Of a stretch of 64,000 nucleotides of DNA, positions 19,595 through 27,491 are shown piece by piece; the stretch's first letter is position 1; every line of letters starts with the position of its first letter. The position numbers and the translations under genes are program-made. The notes below the pieces were generated by a model. The model did not search any database, was not told the DNA's origin, and was given only the letters and a program-made list of their open reading frames with translations. Source of the DNA: Acidaminobacter sp. (GTDB lineage Bacteria; Bacillota; Clostridia; Peptostreptococcales; Acidaminobacteraceae); NCBI RefSeq assembly GCF_030247605.1, contig NZ_JAOTSB010000018.1:2463-66462 (forward strand), given 5' to 3'.

Positions 19595-19802
19595 TGTCTA
19601 TACCTCCCAAAAAAATGGCGAAATCCGGGCAGCGCAGTTCACACTGACCGCACTTGATGCAGTTCTCACGATCATTCATGTTCACTTTGCCATTATCGTC
19701 GAATCCGAGGACTTTTTTAGGGCAGAACGCGATACAGATGCCGCAACCTTTACACCAATTTTTGTTGATCTTGATTTCCAGTTGCTCTTTACTCTTGCTC
19801 AA
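19587..19802 (-). CDS. korD: 2-oxoacid:ferredoxin oxidoreductase delta subunit (2x[4Fe-4S] ferredoxin)
   Basis: CKGCGICIAFCP and CIKCGQCELRCP clusters; TTG start 8 nt after GGAGG. Confidence 0.85.
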   Translation of the reverse strand: MSKSKEQLEIKINKNWCKGCGICIAFCPKKVLGFDDNGKVNMNDRENCIKCGQCELRCPDFAIFLGGIDNE

Positions 19803-19879
19803 GTCAACGACCTCCTTAAGAATAACTACATTTCAATGATAACACATAGTCACAATTTTGCAAGATAGATTTCATCTTA

Positions 19880-19897
19880 TTATGAAATCTTTCACAA
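19880..19897 (-). promoter_or_regulatory. Rex-like operator candidate upstream of the kor operon
   Basis: The minus strand reads TTGTGAAAGATTTCATAA, against the Rex consensus TTGTGAAnnnnTTCACAA. It lies just upstream of a putative TTGCAA(-35)/TGtTATCAT(-10) promoter and overlaps the 9-bp palindrome AGATTTCAT/ATGAAATCT. Confidence 0.35.
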
Positions 19898-20057
19898 AAT
19901 CGCAAGTTGACGTGCATAAAGTATAATTGTGCGTGTGTATTTTGGTATACAAAAAGAGATTCTGCCGATGGTCACATCTTCTATCCCCTTCTCCAATCTG
20001 GGTTCGGGCGGGATGCTCACTGTGGTTTGGTGGTGGCGGGAAACCATCGGCTCAAAA

Positions 20058-20114
20058 AAGGAAAAAAACGCGTTTGTTTGTTTATTCATTAACAAACAAT
20101 TGAACGCGTTTTTA
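20058..20114 (-). terminator. Intrinsic terminator after surE
   Basis: AAACGCGTT...AACGCGTTT stem with an inner TTGTTTGTT/AACAAACAA stem and a U-run on the minus strand. Confidence 0.65.
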
Positions 20115-20127
20115 TTCATTATTTAGC

Positions 20128-20883
20128 CTACTCCAGTTTAAATTGATCGCTGTCTATCAGCGGCTCGTGGAAGTCGTTGAAATTGAAGCGGATAGGCGTG
20201 AGGCTCACCCGGTTCCGGGAAATGGCGTAGACATCCGTGTCGATCTGATCCGGCGGGATCAGGAGGTCGCCGGCGATCCAGTAGTACTCCCCGCCTCGGG
20301 GGCTGGTGCGGCGCTGGACGGAATTTTCGTAGACCATTTTTCCGAGCTTGCAGTAGGAAATGCCTTCGTAATCATCTGCCGGCGGGAAGTTGATGTTGAC
20401 GGCGTTATAGTCCCATTTGAAGGCGGACAGCAAGGTTTCGAGGTTGTCGCGGATAAATTCGGCGGCTTTACGAAAACCGGATTCTGCGCCGGAATAATGG
20501 GAAATGGCGAAACTCGGGATGCCGTGGAAGCTGCCTTCCAGCGCGGCAGCGACCGTGCCGGAATAAATGACGTCGATGCCCAGGTTAGGGCCGTTGTTGA
20601 TGCCGGAGAGGACCAGGTCGAACTTGACCTCTTCAAACTTGGCGAGACCAATTTTGACGCAGTCCGCTGGAGTGCCGTTGATGGCCCACTCTGCTGAGCT
20701 TCCCGGATAGAGGTGGGTCCGGCGGGCGTGGACGATGTCGTGCATGGTCAGCGCGTGACTCTTGGCGCTCTGCTGATACTCCGGCGCAGCGATATAGACT
20801 TGGTGATGGGGTATGAGGGCTTCGGCGAGGGCTTTCAGACCGGCGGCCTGGATGCCGTCGTCGTTGCTGATGAAGATGTTCAT
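20128..20883 (-). CDS. surE: 5'/3'-nucleotidase SurE
   Basis: MNIFISNDDGI start at 20883. The 52-codon upstream extension of the ORF overlaps the neighbouring gene and is not expected for SurE. Confidence 0.9.
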   Translation of the reverse strand: MNIFISNDDGIQAAGLKALAEALIPHHQVYIAAPEYQQSAKSHALTMHDIVHARRTHLYPGSSAEWAINGTPADCVKIGLAKFEEVKFDLVLSGINNGPNLGIDVIYSGTVAAALEGSFHGIPSFAISHYSGAESGFRKAAEFIRDNLETLLSAFKWDYNAVNINFPPADDYEGISYCKLGKMVYENSVQRRTSPRGGEYYWIAGDLLIPPDQIDTDVYAISRNRVSLTPIRFNFNDFHEPLIDSDQFKLE

Positions 20884-20923
20884 AGAGGGATCACTGCCTT
20901 TCAGGGTGTGACTGTTTAGGTTG

Positions 20924-21364
20924 TTAAAGCTGGACGGGGGCTTTTTTAGCGCTGTTGCAGCCTTGGCAGCCTCTGTCGAAGAACGGGTCGATTTCGAGGG
21001 CGAGGCGGTCCTTAACCTCCGGATCTGCTTCAAAGCCAAAGCGGGTCAGGTAGCCCGAGATTTCGGTATTGTTGTCAGCATAAACCCAGCCGAAGCCGCG
21101 GTTGAGCATGTAGAACATAATGGCTCTCAGGAGACCATCGGCAAACTTTTTGTTTCTGAGGGCAGGCGTCATATAGAGGTGGCGGATGGTGGGATCCAGA
21201 ATGACGAGCTCCGCGGTGACAAAGCCGAGGACCTTTTCCTTTTCCCGTGCGACGACAACTTCGAGGTTTTGAGGGAAATTCGCAGGGACGGTGATCCCCT
21301 CTTCCTCTATGAATTTCTGAAGATCTGCGAAATCTTCTTTTTCAGCGGTTTTTAAAAGCATCAT
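20924..21364 (-). CDS. GNAT-like N-acetyltransferase (tentative)
   Basis: 146 aa with an acetyltransferase-like VVAREKEKVLGFV...LYMTPALRNKKFADGLL segment; family call is weak. Confidence 0.5.
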   Translation of the reverse strand: MMLLKTAEKEDFADLQKFIEEEGITVPANFPQNLEVVVAREKEKVLGFVTAELVILDPTIRHLYMTPALRNKKFADGLLRAIMFYMLNRGFGWVYADNNTEISGYLTRFGFEADPEVKDRLALEIDPFFDRGCQGCNSAKKAPVQL

Positions 21365-21415
21365 GATAGTCAGGCTCCTTTGTGTTTTGAAATTTTCGAA
21401 CGGTTTTGATGGTAG

Positions 21416-21575
21416 GTGACAGGCGCCAGTTTGAAGTGAGTGTCTGACACTGAGTTGAAGTGAGTGTCTGACACTGAGTTGAAGTGAGTGTCTGACACTG
21501 AGTTGAAGTGAGTGTCTGACACTGAAATCGTTTCGGTGCCAGAGCTTGCGAGAATGTTTCTCAATAAATGTCGTT
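21416..21575. repeat. 24-bp phased array (6 units) plus conserved tail
   Basis: Cores at 21416 (GTGACAGGCGC), at 21440, 21464, 21488 and 21512 (GTGTCTGACAC, four identical 24-bp units) and at 21536 (GTGCCAGAGCT). Tail is TGCGAGAATGTTTCTCAATAAATG. Confidence 0.9.
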
Positions 21576-22299
21576 ATTTAAGAGCTTTCAACGCTGCTAC
21601 TTCTTCCGGGGTCAGGTGGCGCCAGGCTCCGGACTTTAAATCTCCGAGTTCCAGCGGACCTATGGACAGGCGGCGAAGGCGTTTGACATTGGCACTGAGC
21701 GCTTCGACCATTCTGCGGATCTGACGGTTCTTTCCTTCGCGGATCCCCACAATCAGCCCTTTGCCCTTCTGTCTTTCGACGAAAGCCGGCTGAGTGACGT
21801 AGTCCCCAATATCAACGCCGTCACGCAGCTTTGCAAGCTCGGTATCCGTCAGTAAGCGATCAGTCTCAACGTAGTAGCGCTTTTCGAATTCATGGCTCGG
21901 GTGGGTCAGGAGGTGGGTTAGGGCGCCGTCATCGGTTAAGAGGATCAGGCCTTCGGAGTCATAGTCCAGTCGGCCAACGGGATAAACCCGGCGGTCAATC
22001 CGGACCAGATCCAGTGCGGTGGGCCGGCCAAAGTTGTCCTTGACGGAGGTGATGTAGCCCGTGGGCTTGTTGAGCATCACGTAGACGTGATCGGCGGCTG
22101 TCTGGATCAGGGTGCCATCGACTTCAACCCGGTCACTCTCGGGTGAAATGGAGGTGCCAAGCTCGCGGACAACCTCACCGTTGACCTTGACCCTGCCGTC
22201 GAGGATCATCCCCTCCGCACTTCTGCGGGAGGCGACGCCGCAGTGGGCCATATATTTCTGAAGCCGCATCATTGTCTTCGAATCGGTTGTAGTGGTCAT
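21574..22299 (-). CDS. rluB: 23S rRNA pseudouridine synthase (RluB/RsuA family)
   Basis: S4 domain (RLQKYMAHCGVASRR) plus the GRLDYDSEGL catalytic motif. Confidence 0.9.
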   Translation of the reverse strand: MTTTTDSKTMMRLQKYMAHCGVASRRSAEGMILDGRVKVNGEVVRELGTSISPESDRVEVDGTLIQTAADHVYVMLNKPTGYITSVKDNFGRPTALDLVRIDRRVYPVGRLDYDSEGLILLTDDGALTHLLTHPSHEFEKRYYVETDRLLTDTELAKLRDGVDIGDYVTQPAFVERQKGKGLIVGIREGKNRQIRRMVEALSANVKRLRRLSIGPLELGDLKSGAWRHLTPEEVAALKALK

Positions 22300-22982
22300 A
22301 GTGTTTCGTCCCTTTCGTAGGGGATGGTAACGTCATCCTCTTCGGACAAAGCGCTCTGTTCAGCTGCAGTCGTTTCTGAAACCGATCCGTCCGACCCATC
22401 CAACCCATCCGAACCATCCGTTTCATCCGCTTCACGGGCCTCAAGCAGGTTGATCAGACGCTCGGCGCCGTCAAAGGTCGTGAGATCCGGAAGCTCTTCC
22501 AGGGACCTCAGACCAAAAGTTCTGAGAAACTCGTCCGTCGTGCCGTAAAGCATCGGTCGGCCAATCTTCTCCAGCCTGCCCTTTTCTTCAATAAGCCCGC
22601 GCTCGATCAAAATCTGCAGGGGCTTGTCCGACTTGACGCCCCGGGTGTAATCGATCTCCGACCGGGTCACAGGCTGTTTGTAGGCGATAATGGCGAGTGT
22701 CTCCAGCGTCGCCGGGGACAAGCCTCTGGATTTAGTGGTCTTCATGACGCGCTCGATAAAGTCTGCATTTTCCGGTGCGCTGGCCATCTGAACGGCGTCG
22801 CGGATGAACAGCAGGCGCATCCCCCGCTCCCCGGACTCGTATTCCTTGCGCAGGGTTTCCAGCAGTTCCACGGTCCAGCTCATGGGTAGATCCAGGGCTG
22901 CCGCCAGCCGGTCGATTGCCACAGGCTCGCCGCTGACAAACAGAATGGATTCTATGGCGCTTCGGTAGGAACGTTCTTCCAT
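22296..22982 (-). CDS. scpB: Segregation and condensation protein B
   Basis: SAIESILFVSGEPV N-terminus and the LETLAIIAYKQPVTRSEID winged helix; repetitive acidic DGSDG tail. Confidence 0.9.
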   Translation of the reverse strand: MEERSYRSAIESILFVSGEPVAIDRLAAALDLPMSWTVELLETLRKEYESGERGMRLLFIRDAVQMASAPENADFIERVMKTTKSRGLSPATLETLAIIAYKQPVTRSEIDYTRGVKSDKPLQILIERGLIEEKGRLEKIGRPMLYGTTDEFLRTFGLRSLEELPDLTTFDGAERLINLLEAREADETDGSDGLDGSDGSVSETTAAEQSALSEEDDVTIPYERDETL

Positions 22983-25099
22983 CAGTCGGTCTCCCCTTCT
23001 TCATCGTAGTGGTCTTCTTTGTGGTTTTTGTTTTGGTTATCGCCGCGGGCTTGTGGGTTTTGGACCTGGGAACCATCGGCAGCGGTATTGGTGTCTTGGG
23101 ACTGAGACGTCTCATACCAGTGCTCCAGCAGGGACTCCTGAATCAATTCCTCTTCAGTTTCCGATGGTTCCCTGCGCCGAATCAGGATGCCGCTGAACAT
23201 CTCGTCCTGAACCACACGAACGCGCTTCAGCTTCAAAAGCTCAAGAAGGGCCAGAAACGTGGTTACAACGACGTTGCGGGTTGCGCCGCCCTCGAACAGG
23301 GCTTCAAAGGAAATGTCGTTCACTTCCTTGAGGCGGGCCGTCAGCGCCTTGATGGCGTCCTCCACGGCGTAGGGCTCACGGTTCAGGGTAGAGAAAAAAT
23401 GCTCTCTGTGGGTATCGGTGCGATCCAGTTTGGTGAGCACCCGTTTTAGGGCTTCTGTGAGAAGGTCAATCTCGGTAGGCTCGTTGAGGGTTTCCGGATT
23501 CTGAGGGAGGATTTCAGAGAGATCTGAGGCCTCCCGAGTGAAATAAGCGCCGTCCTGCAGCTCGAGGCCACTGAGGAGCCTTGCGGCTTCCTTGTAGCGC
23601 TTGTACTCGACGAGTTTGGTGACGAGCTCCGTACGCGGGTCCTCGGCCACATCCCAGGCTTCGAAAATGCCCGCTTCACGGTCCGGCAGCAGCATCATGG
23701 ACTTGATCTCAAGGAGCGTGGCGGCCATGACCAGGAATTCGCCGGCAATGTCGACGCGTGCCGTTTCCATATGGATCAGGTAGTCGAGGTACTGGGTGCA
23801 GAGGGTGGCCACAGGGATATCGTAGATATCGATTTCGTTGTCCTGGATCAGGTGGAGCAGGAGGTCCATAGGGCCTTCGAAGGCATCCAGCTTGACGGAG
23901 TAGGCGGCATTGCCGGATGGGGATGGTGAATGGGATTCGGGTTGGGTTGGGTGATCATCGGCATCTGGTTGGTCTTTTGGGGGTGTTGCAAGTTCGGGTT
24001 TATGTGGAAGGACCTCGTGGAGGTTCAGTTGCTGGGCCAGGGCGTCTGGGGACGTGGTGTTCAGTGCGCGGGCCGCATTTTTGAGTTTGCGGGGCAGCGA
24101 GCACTGTCGGAAGCGCTCTGCGAAGTCCGGGGAGGTTTGGGAAAAATAACCGAACAGGTGACTCGCCTTGTCGTCACCGCAGAGACCGGGGGCGTGCTCG
24201 ACGACCCGGGCAAAGGCTATGGCCTGGATCAGGGCCTCAGAGGTTGGTGCTGTGTTGTCCTCTGTTGTGATCAGAAGACCTAGGTCGAGCATCAAGCGAA
24301 CAGCCTCTTCGCAGTGGCCGTCACTGAAGTTGAGGAACAGCTCGCGCATAATGCGGTCATTGGTCAGGGTTTTCAGTACACCCGCTTCTATGGCTTCTTT
24401 CATTTGTTTTTCTGTTGTGTCCACCGGGGTCAGACCTACTCGGGCCATGTAGCGGACCGCGCGGTACAGACGGGTGGGATCGTCGTAAAAGCTCTGGTCA
24501 TGAAGGACTCTAAGGGCTTGGGCTTTCAAGTCGTCGAGGCCTTTTAGGGGATCCAGCAGCTGGATCAGGATCGTGCGGGTGGTGCTTAAGTCGCATGTTT
24601 CAGGGTCCACATAGTCCAGGAGTTCCAGCTCGAGGGCCATGGCATTGACGGTGAAGTCCCGGCGTTTCAGGTCGTCCTCAATGGTGCCCGGCGTGACTGT
24701 GGGAAGCTGGCCAGGAGCTTCATAGCGTTCGCTGCGGGCGGTGATCAGATCGATCTCCCCTGTGTCCAGGATGCCTGAGGCGGTCATGAAGCGGTCGTAG
24801 TACTGCCAGTCAATGTTAGTGAGGCGGTCGGTTAGTTTGGTGATCTCGCCTTCTATCACCACGTCCAGGTCGCGGACGTCGCTGCCTAGAATCAGGTCAC
24901 GGACAGCACCGCCGACGAGGAAGACTCTGAGGGTGGCGTTTGGAGTTTCGGATTTATAATCTTCAGCTGCGAGCAGAAGCTGGGTCAAAATGCCGTCGTG
25001 GGCGCGATTCAGTGCGTTGACCCTGTCTTCAAGGTGCGCAATGAGTTCTTCCAGCGGCAGTGCCAGCAGCGATTGAGTTTGAGTGATTAGGTCGGTCAC
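22982..25099 (-). CDS. scpA: Fusion protein: CCA-adding/poly(A) polymerase family nucleotidyltransferase (N-terminal about 390 aa) + ScpA kleisin (C-terminal about 300 aa)
   Basis: N-terminal part has LVGGAVRDLILG..VRDLDV, RSERY, DLKRRDFTVNAMA and FYDDPTRLYRAVRY. After a P/Q/D/S-rich linker comes YSVKLDAFEGPMDLLLHLIQDNEIDIYDIPV (ScpA N-terminus). Single 705-codon frame, ending where scpB starts. Confidence 0.8.
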   Translation of the reverse strand: MTDLITQTQSLLALPLEELIAHLEDRVNALNRAHDGILTQLLLAAEDYKSETPNATLRVFLVGGAVRDLILGSDVRDLDVVIEGEITKLTDRLTNIDWQYYDRFMTASGILDTGEIDLITARSERYEAPGQLPTVTPGTIEDDLKRRDFTVNAMALELELLDYVDPETCDLSTTRTILIQLLDPLKGLDDLKAQALRVLHDQSFYDDPTRLYRAVRYMARVGLTPVDTTEKQMKEAIEAGVLKTLTNDRIMRELFLNFSDGHCEEAVRLMLDLGLLITTEDNTAPTSEALIQAIAFARVVEHAPGLCGDDKASHLFGYFSQTSPDFAERFRQCSLPRKLKNAARALNTTSPDALAQQLNLHEVLPHKPELATPPKDQPDADDHPTQPESHSPSPSGNAAYSVKLDAFEGPMDLLLHLIQDNEIDIYDIPVATLCTQYLDYLIHMETARVDIAGEFLVMAATLLEIKSMMLLPDREAGIFEAWDVAEDPRTELVTKLVEYKRYKEAARLLSGLELQDGAYFTREASDLSEILPQNPETLNEPTEIDLLTEALKRVLTKLDRTDTHREHFFSTLNREPYAVEDAIKALTARLKEVNDISFEALFEGGATRNVVVTTFLALLELLKLKRVRVVQDEMFSGILIRRREPSETEEELIQESLLEHWYETSQSQDTNTAADGSQVQNPQARGDNQNKNHKEDHYDEEGETD

Positions 25100-25565
25100 C
25101 GGGACCCCTCCTTCTTTAACTCAATTATTATAACAAAAAGCCTGCCTTGGTCATAGTGCGGGGCTGGAAATTTTGCTTGACGCGGTGTTGGGGTTGTCGG
25201 GGTACATCATGGAGAAAGTGGATTAGGTTGTATGCAATGTAGTTTACTTTCTGTGGGATGTACTCTAAAACTTTGAAATATTTGCGACCATCGGCACAAA
25301 TTTAGGTTATTGTCATTAATTTTCGATATTTATTGACAAAATTTCGAGCTTGATTTTGTGAACTTTTACAAATAGTCAGACTTTTAATTTTGTGATACAT
25401 TTGTAACCAGCAACAGATCAAAGTGCCTGCACGCAGTCCGGAAACCATGGGTTCGCCAGACTGACGGCATTGAGACGCTGCGAAACAATAGCGCACTACA
25501 TACCAGACACCACAACTTCATACACGTAGGCAATCGTGAAGATGAATCGCATTCAAGCTTCATAC

Positions 25566-25612
25566 GGCCGGCAGTCAGGGGTTTACAAACCTCTGTTTGC
25601 CGGCCTTTTTTA
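25566..25612 (+). terminator. Intrinsic terminator inside the 5' leader of the second NCS2 permease (attenuator)
   Basis: GGCCGGCA...TGCCGGCC stem followed by TTTTTT, 73 nt upstream of the ATG at 25685. Confidence 0.7.
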
Positions 25613-25684
25613 TTTCACAAGGAGGGATTCAACCTTAATTTTTTCAGGCGGCGCTACTCACCTACTTTTTGAGGAGGAACACAC

Positions 25685-27043
25685 ATGAGAGTCAAGCAAA
25701 CTTCTGAAATCCTTTACAAGATCAATGACAAACCACCTATGCACATCAGCCTCGTCCTTGCGTTTCAGCACATTCTGGCAGCCTTCGGCGGGATCGTGGC
25801 CGTGCCGCTCGTCATCTCCGGCGTTCTGGGCGTCAACACCGCAGACACAGCTTACCTGGTCAGCGCGGCGATCTTCATGGCCGGCGTCACCACTTGGATT
25901 CAGGCCCGCGGCATCTGGAAAATCGGCGCGAAAGTGCCATGCGTCATGGGTACGGACTTTACGTTTGTGGGACCTTCCATCGCGGTTGGCTCCATGCTGG
26001 GGCTTCCAGGCATCTTCGGTGCCACGGTGCTCGGCTCCTTCATTGAAATCATCCTTAGCCGTTTTATTAAGCCCCTCAGAAAATTTTTCCCGCCGATTGT
26101 CACCGGTACCGTCGTCGCACTCATCGGGCTGACGCTCCTTCCTGTCTCCATTGACTGGGCAGCAGGCGGCTACGGCGCGGCGGACTATGGCAGTGTCCTC
26201 AACATTTCGATTGCTATGGCAGTGCTGGTCATCACAGTCCTCCTCAACCGCTATGGCAAAGGCTTCATCAGCTCTGCCTCCGTCATTATTGGCCTCGTCT
26301 TTGGCTACATCATCTGCTGGCCACTCGGTCTTCTCAATATGCAAGCCGTTGCGGACGCTTCTTTGTTCGCCATTCCAACGCCGCTCAAGTTCGGCATTAC
26401 GTTCAGTATGGCTGCCGTGATCCCCTTCATCACCGCTTACCTCGTGACGACCATTGAAACGGTGGGATGTCTGATGGCCGTGGGTGAAGCTGCGGAGCAA
26501 GAGTTGACGGATGAACAACTATCGGCAGGGATTCTGGCGGATGGTGTGGGCAGCTTCCTCGCCGGTTTCTTCAACGCAGGTCCGAACACCTCCTTCAGCC
26601 AGAACGTCGGCCTGATCCCAATGACCAAAGTCGCCAGCCGCCACGTGGTTTCCCTGGCGGGCATTGTGCTGGTGCTCCTCGGCATCTTCCCAAAAGTCGG
26701 CGCGCTGATCGCGATCATCCCGAACCCGGTTCTGGGCGGCGCTGGCATCATCATGTTCGGCATGGTGGCATCCGCGGGCATCAAAACCCTGAAGGATGTG
26801 CCGCTCAACAACCGCAACATGATCATAATCGCGGTTTCCATTGGTCTGGGCCTTGGCGTCACGGTGCGTCCGGAGTTCCTCAGCCAGCTCCCTGACTTCG
26901 TCAAGAGCCTCTTCTCCTCCGGCATCAGCGCGGGCACCATCACGGCGCTCCTCCTCAACATCTTCCTCAAAGAAGAGGTCGAAGAGCAAGACTCTGCCGA
27001 TGGTCACGACTACAACACCCAGGAAGCAAATCAAATCGCGTAG
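25685..27043 (+). CDS. NCS2 family xanthine/uracil permease
   Basis: 452 aa with SLVLAFQHILAAFGGIVAVPLVI and FSQNVGLIPMTKVASR motifs; RBS GAGGAGG. Confidence 0.93.
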   Translation: MRVKQTSEILYKINDKPPMHISLVLAFQHILAAFGGIVAVPLVISGVLGVNTADTAYLVSAAIFMAGVTTWIQARGIWKIGAKVPCVMGTDFTFVGPSIAVGSMLGLPGIFGATVLGSFIEIILSRFIKPLRKFFPPIVTGTVVALIGLTLLPVSIDWAAGGYGAADYGSVLNISIAMAVLVITVLLNRYGKGFISSASVIIGLVFGYIICWPLGLLNMQAVADASLFAIPTPLKFGITFSMAAVIPFITAYLVTTIETVGCLMAVGEAAEQELTDEQLSAGILADGVGSFLAGFFNAGPNTSFSQNVGLIPMTKVASRHVVSLAGIVLVLLGIFPKVGALIAIIPNPVLGGAGIIMFGMVASAGIKTLKDVPLNNRNMIIIAVSIGLGLGVTVRPEFLSQLPDFVKSLFSSGISAGTITALLLNIFLKEEVEEQDSADGHDYNTQEANQIA

Positions 27044-27081
27044 GTGTTGAGGATTGGTTTAAAACGATAATTATTAAAGGT

Positions 27082-27137
27082 AAACGCCTGAAGCCCCCTT
27101 TCGCGCCCGCGAAAGGCTGCTTCAGGCGTTTCTTCTT
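27082..27137 (+). terminator. Intrinsic terminator after the permease gene
   Basis: AAACGCCTGAAGC/GCTTCAGGCGTTT 13-bp stem followed by a T-rich tract. Confidence 0.75.
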
Positions 27138-27354
27138 GGAAGCGTCTCCCACCGAAATTTTTGCCAATGATTACAAACGGTTTGAGATGGAAGGAGGTCT
27201 CTCTGACACCAATTTCCGTTTTGGCTGTAATTTGAGCCCACGCCCTCTCTGTGAAGTCGTTACATTGTTTGGGCATTGACATTGTGATAAAATTTACAAA
27301 GATAAATGGACTCTGAAAACAGGCTTCGAGGCGCATTGGCAAAATTTTGAGTTT

Positions 27355-27435
27355 GTGACGTGGACAACTTCAGAGTTGGTGACTCGGACAACTTTCAATC
27401 CGGTGCCAGAGCATGCGTGAATAGTTCTCAATTAG
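27355..27435. repeat. 24-bp phased array (3 units) plus conserved tail, upstream of the sensor kinase
   Basis: Cores at 27355 (GTGACGTGGAC), 27379 (GTGACTCGGAC) and 27403 (GTGCCAGAGCA). The tail TGCGTGAATAGTTCTCAATTA matches the tail at 21547. Confidence 0.8.
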
Positions 27436-27491
27436 GTTATCAGTTGCTGTGTCCCTGTCTTTCTACGCCACCGCAAGAAAGGAAATCGCCT

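Noticed and set aside
21416-21546. The 24-bp arrays as possible CRISPR arrays.
   Set aside because: The conserved part is only 11 bp and the variable part only 13 bp, and the spacers are related to each other. No cas genes or leader are present, and one array is in frame inside mutL. This is not CRISPR architecture.
21370-21564. 64-aa ORF translating the array as SVSDTHFN repeats.
   Set aside because: It has a TTG start without an RBS and its sequence is just the tandem DNA repeat read through. The same repeat occurs in other frames and strands elsewhere. It is considered non-coding.
23890-24010. An independent internal start for ScpA within the 705-aa ORF.
   Set aside because: No in-frame ATG, GTG or TTG occurs in the linker. 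The first Met would remove conserved ScpA N-terminal residues. The protein is kept as a fusion pending read-level verification.
25380-25565. Calling the NCS2 permease leaders (here and at 1177-1300) guanine/adenine riboswitches.
   Set aside because: The conserved J1/2, L2, J2/3 and L3 strings of the purine aptamer are absent from both leaders.
27360-27491. GTG at 27360 as the sensor kinase start (the ORF-track coordinates).
   Set aside because: The extra 44 codons translate the 24-bp repeat array and its tail. The ATG at 27492 has an RBS and begins a typical basic-then-hydrophobic signal/TM segment.
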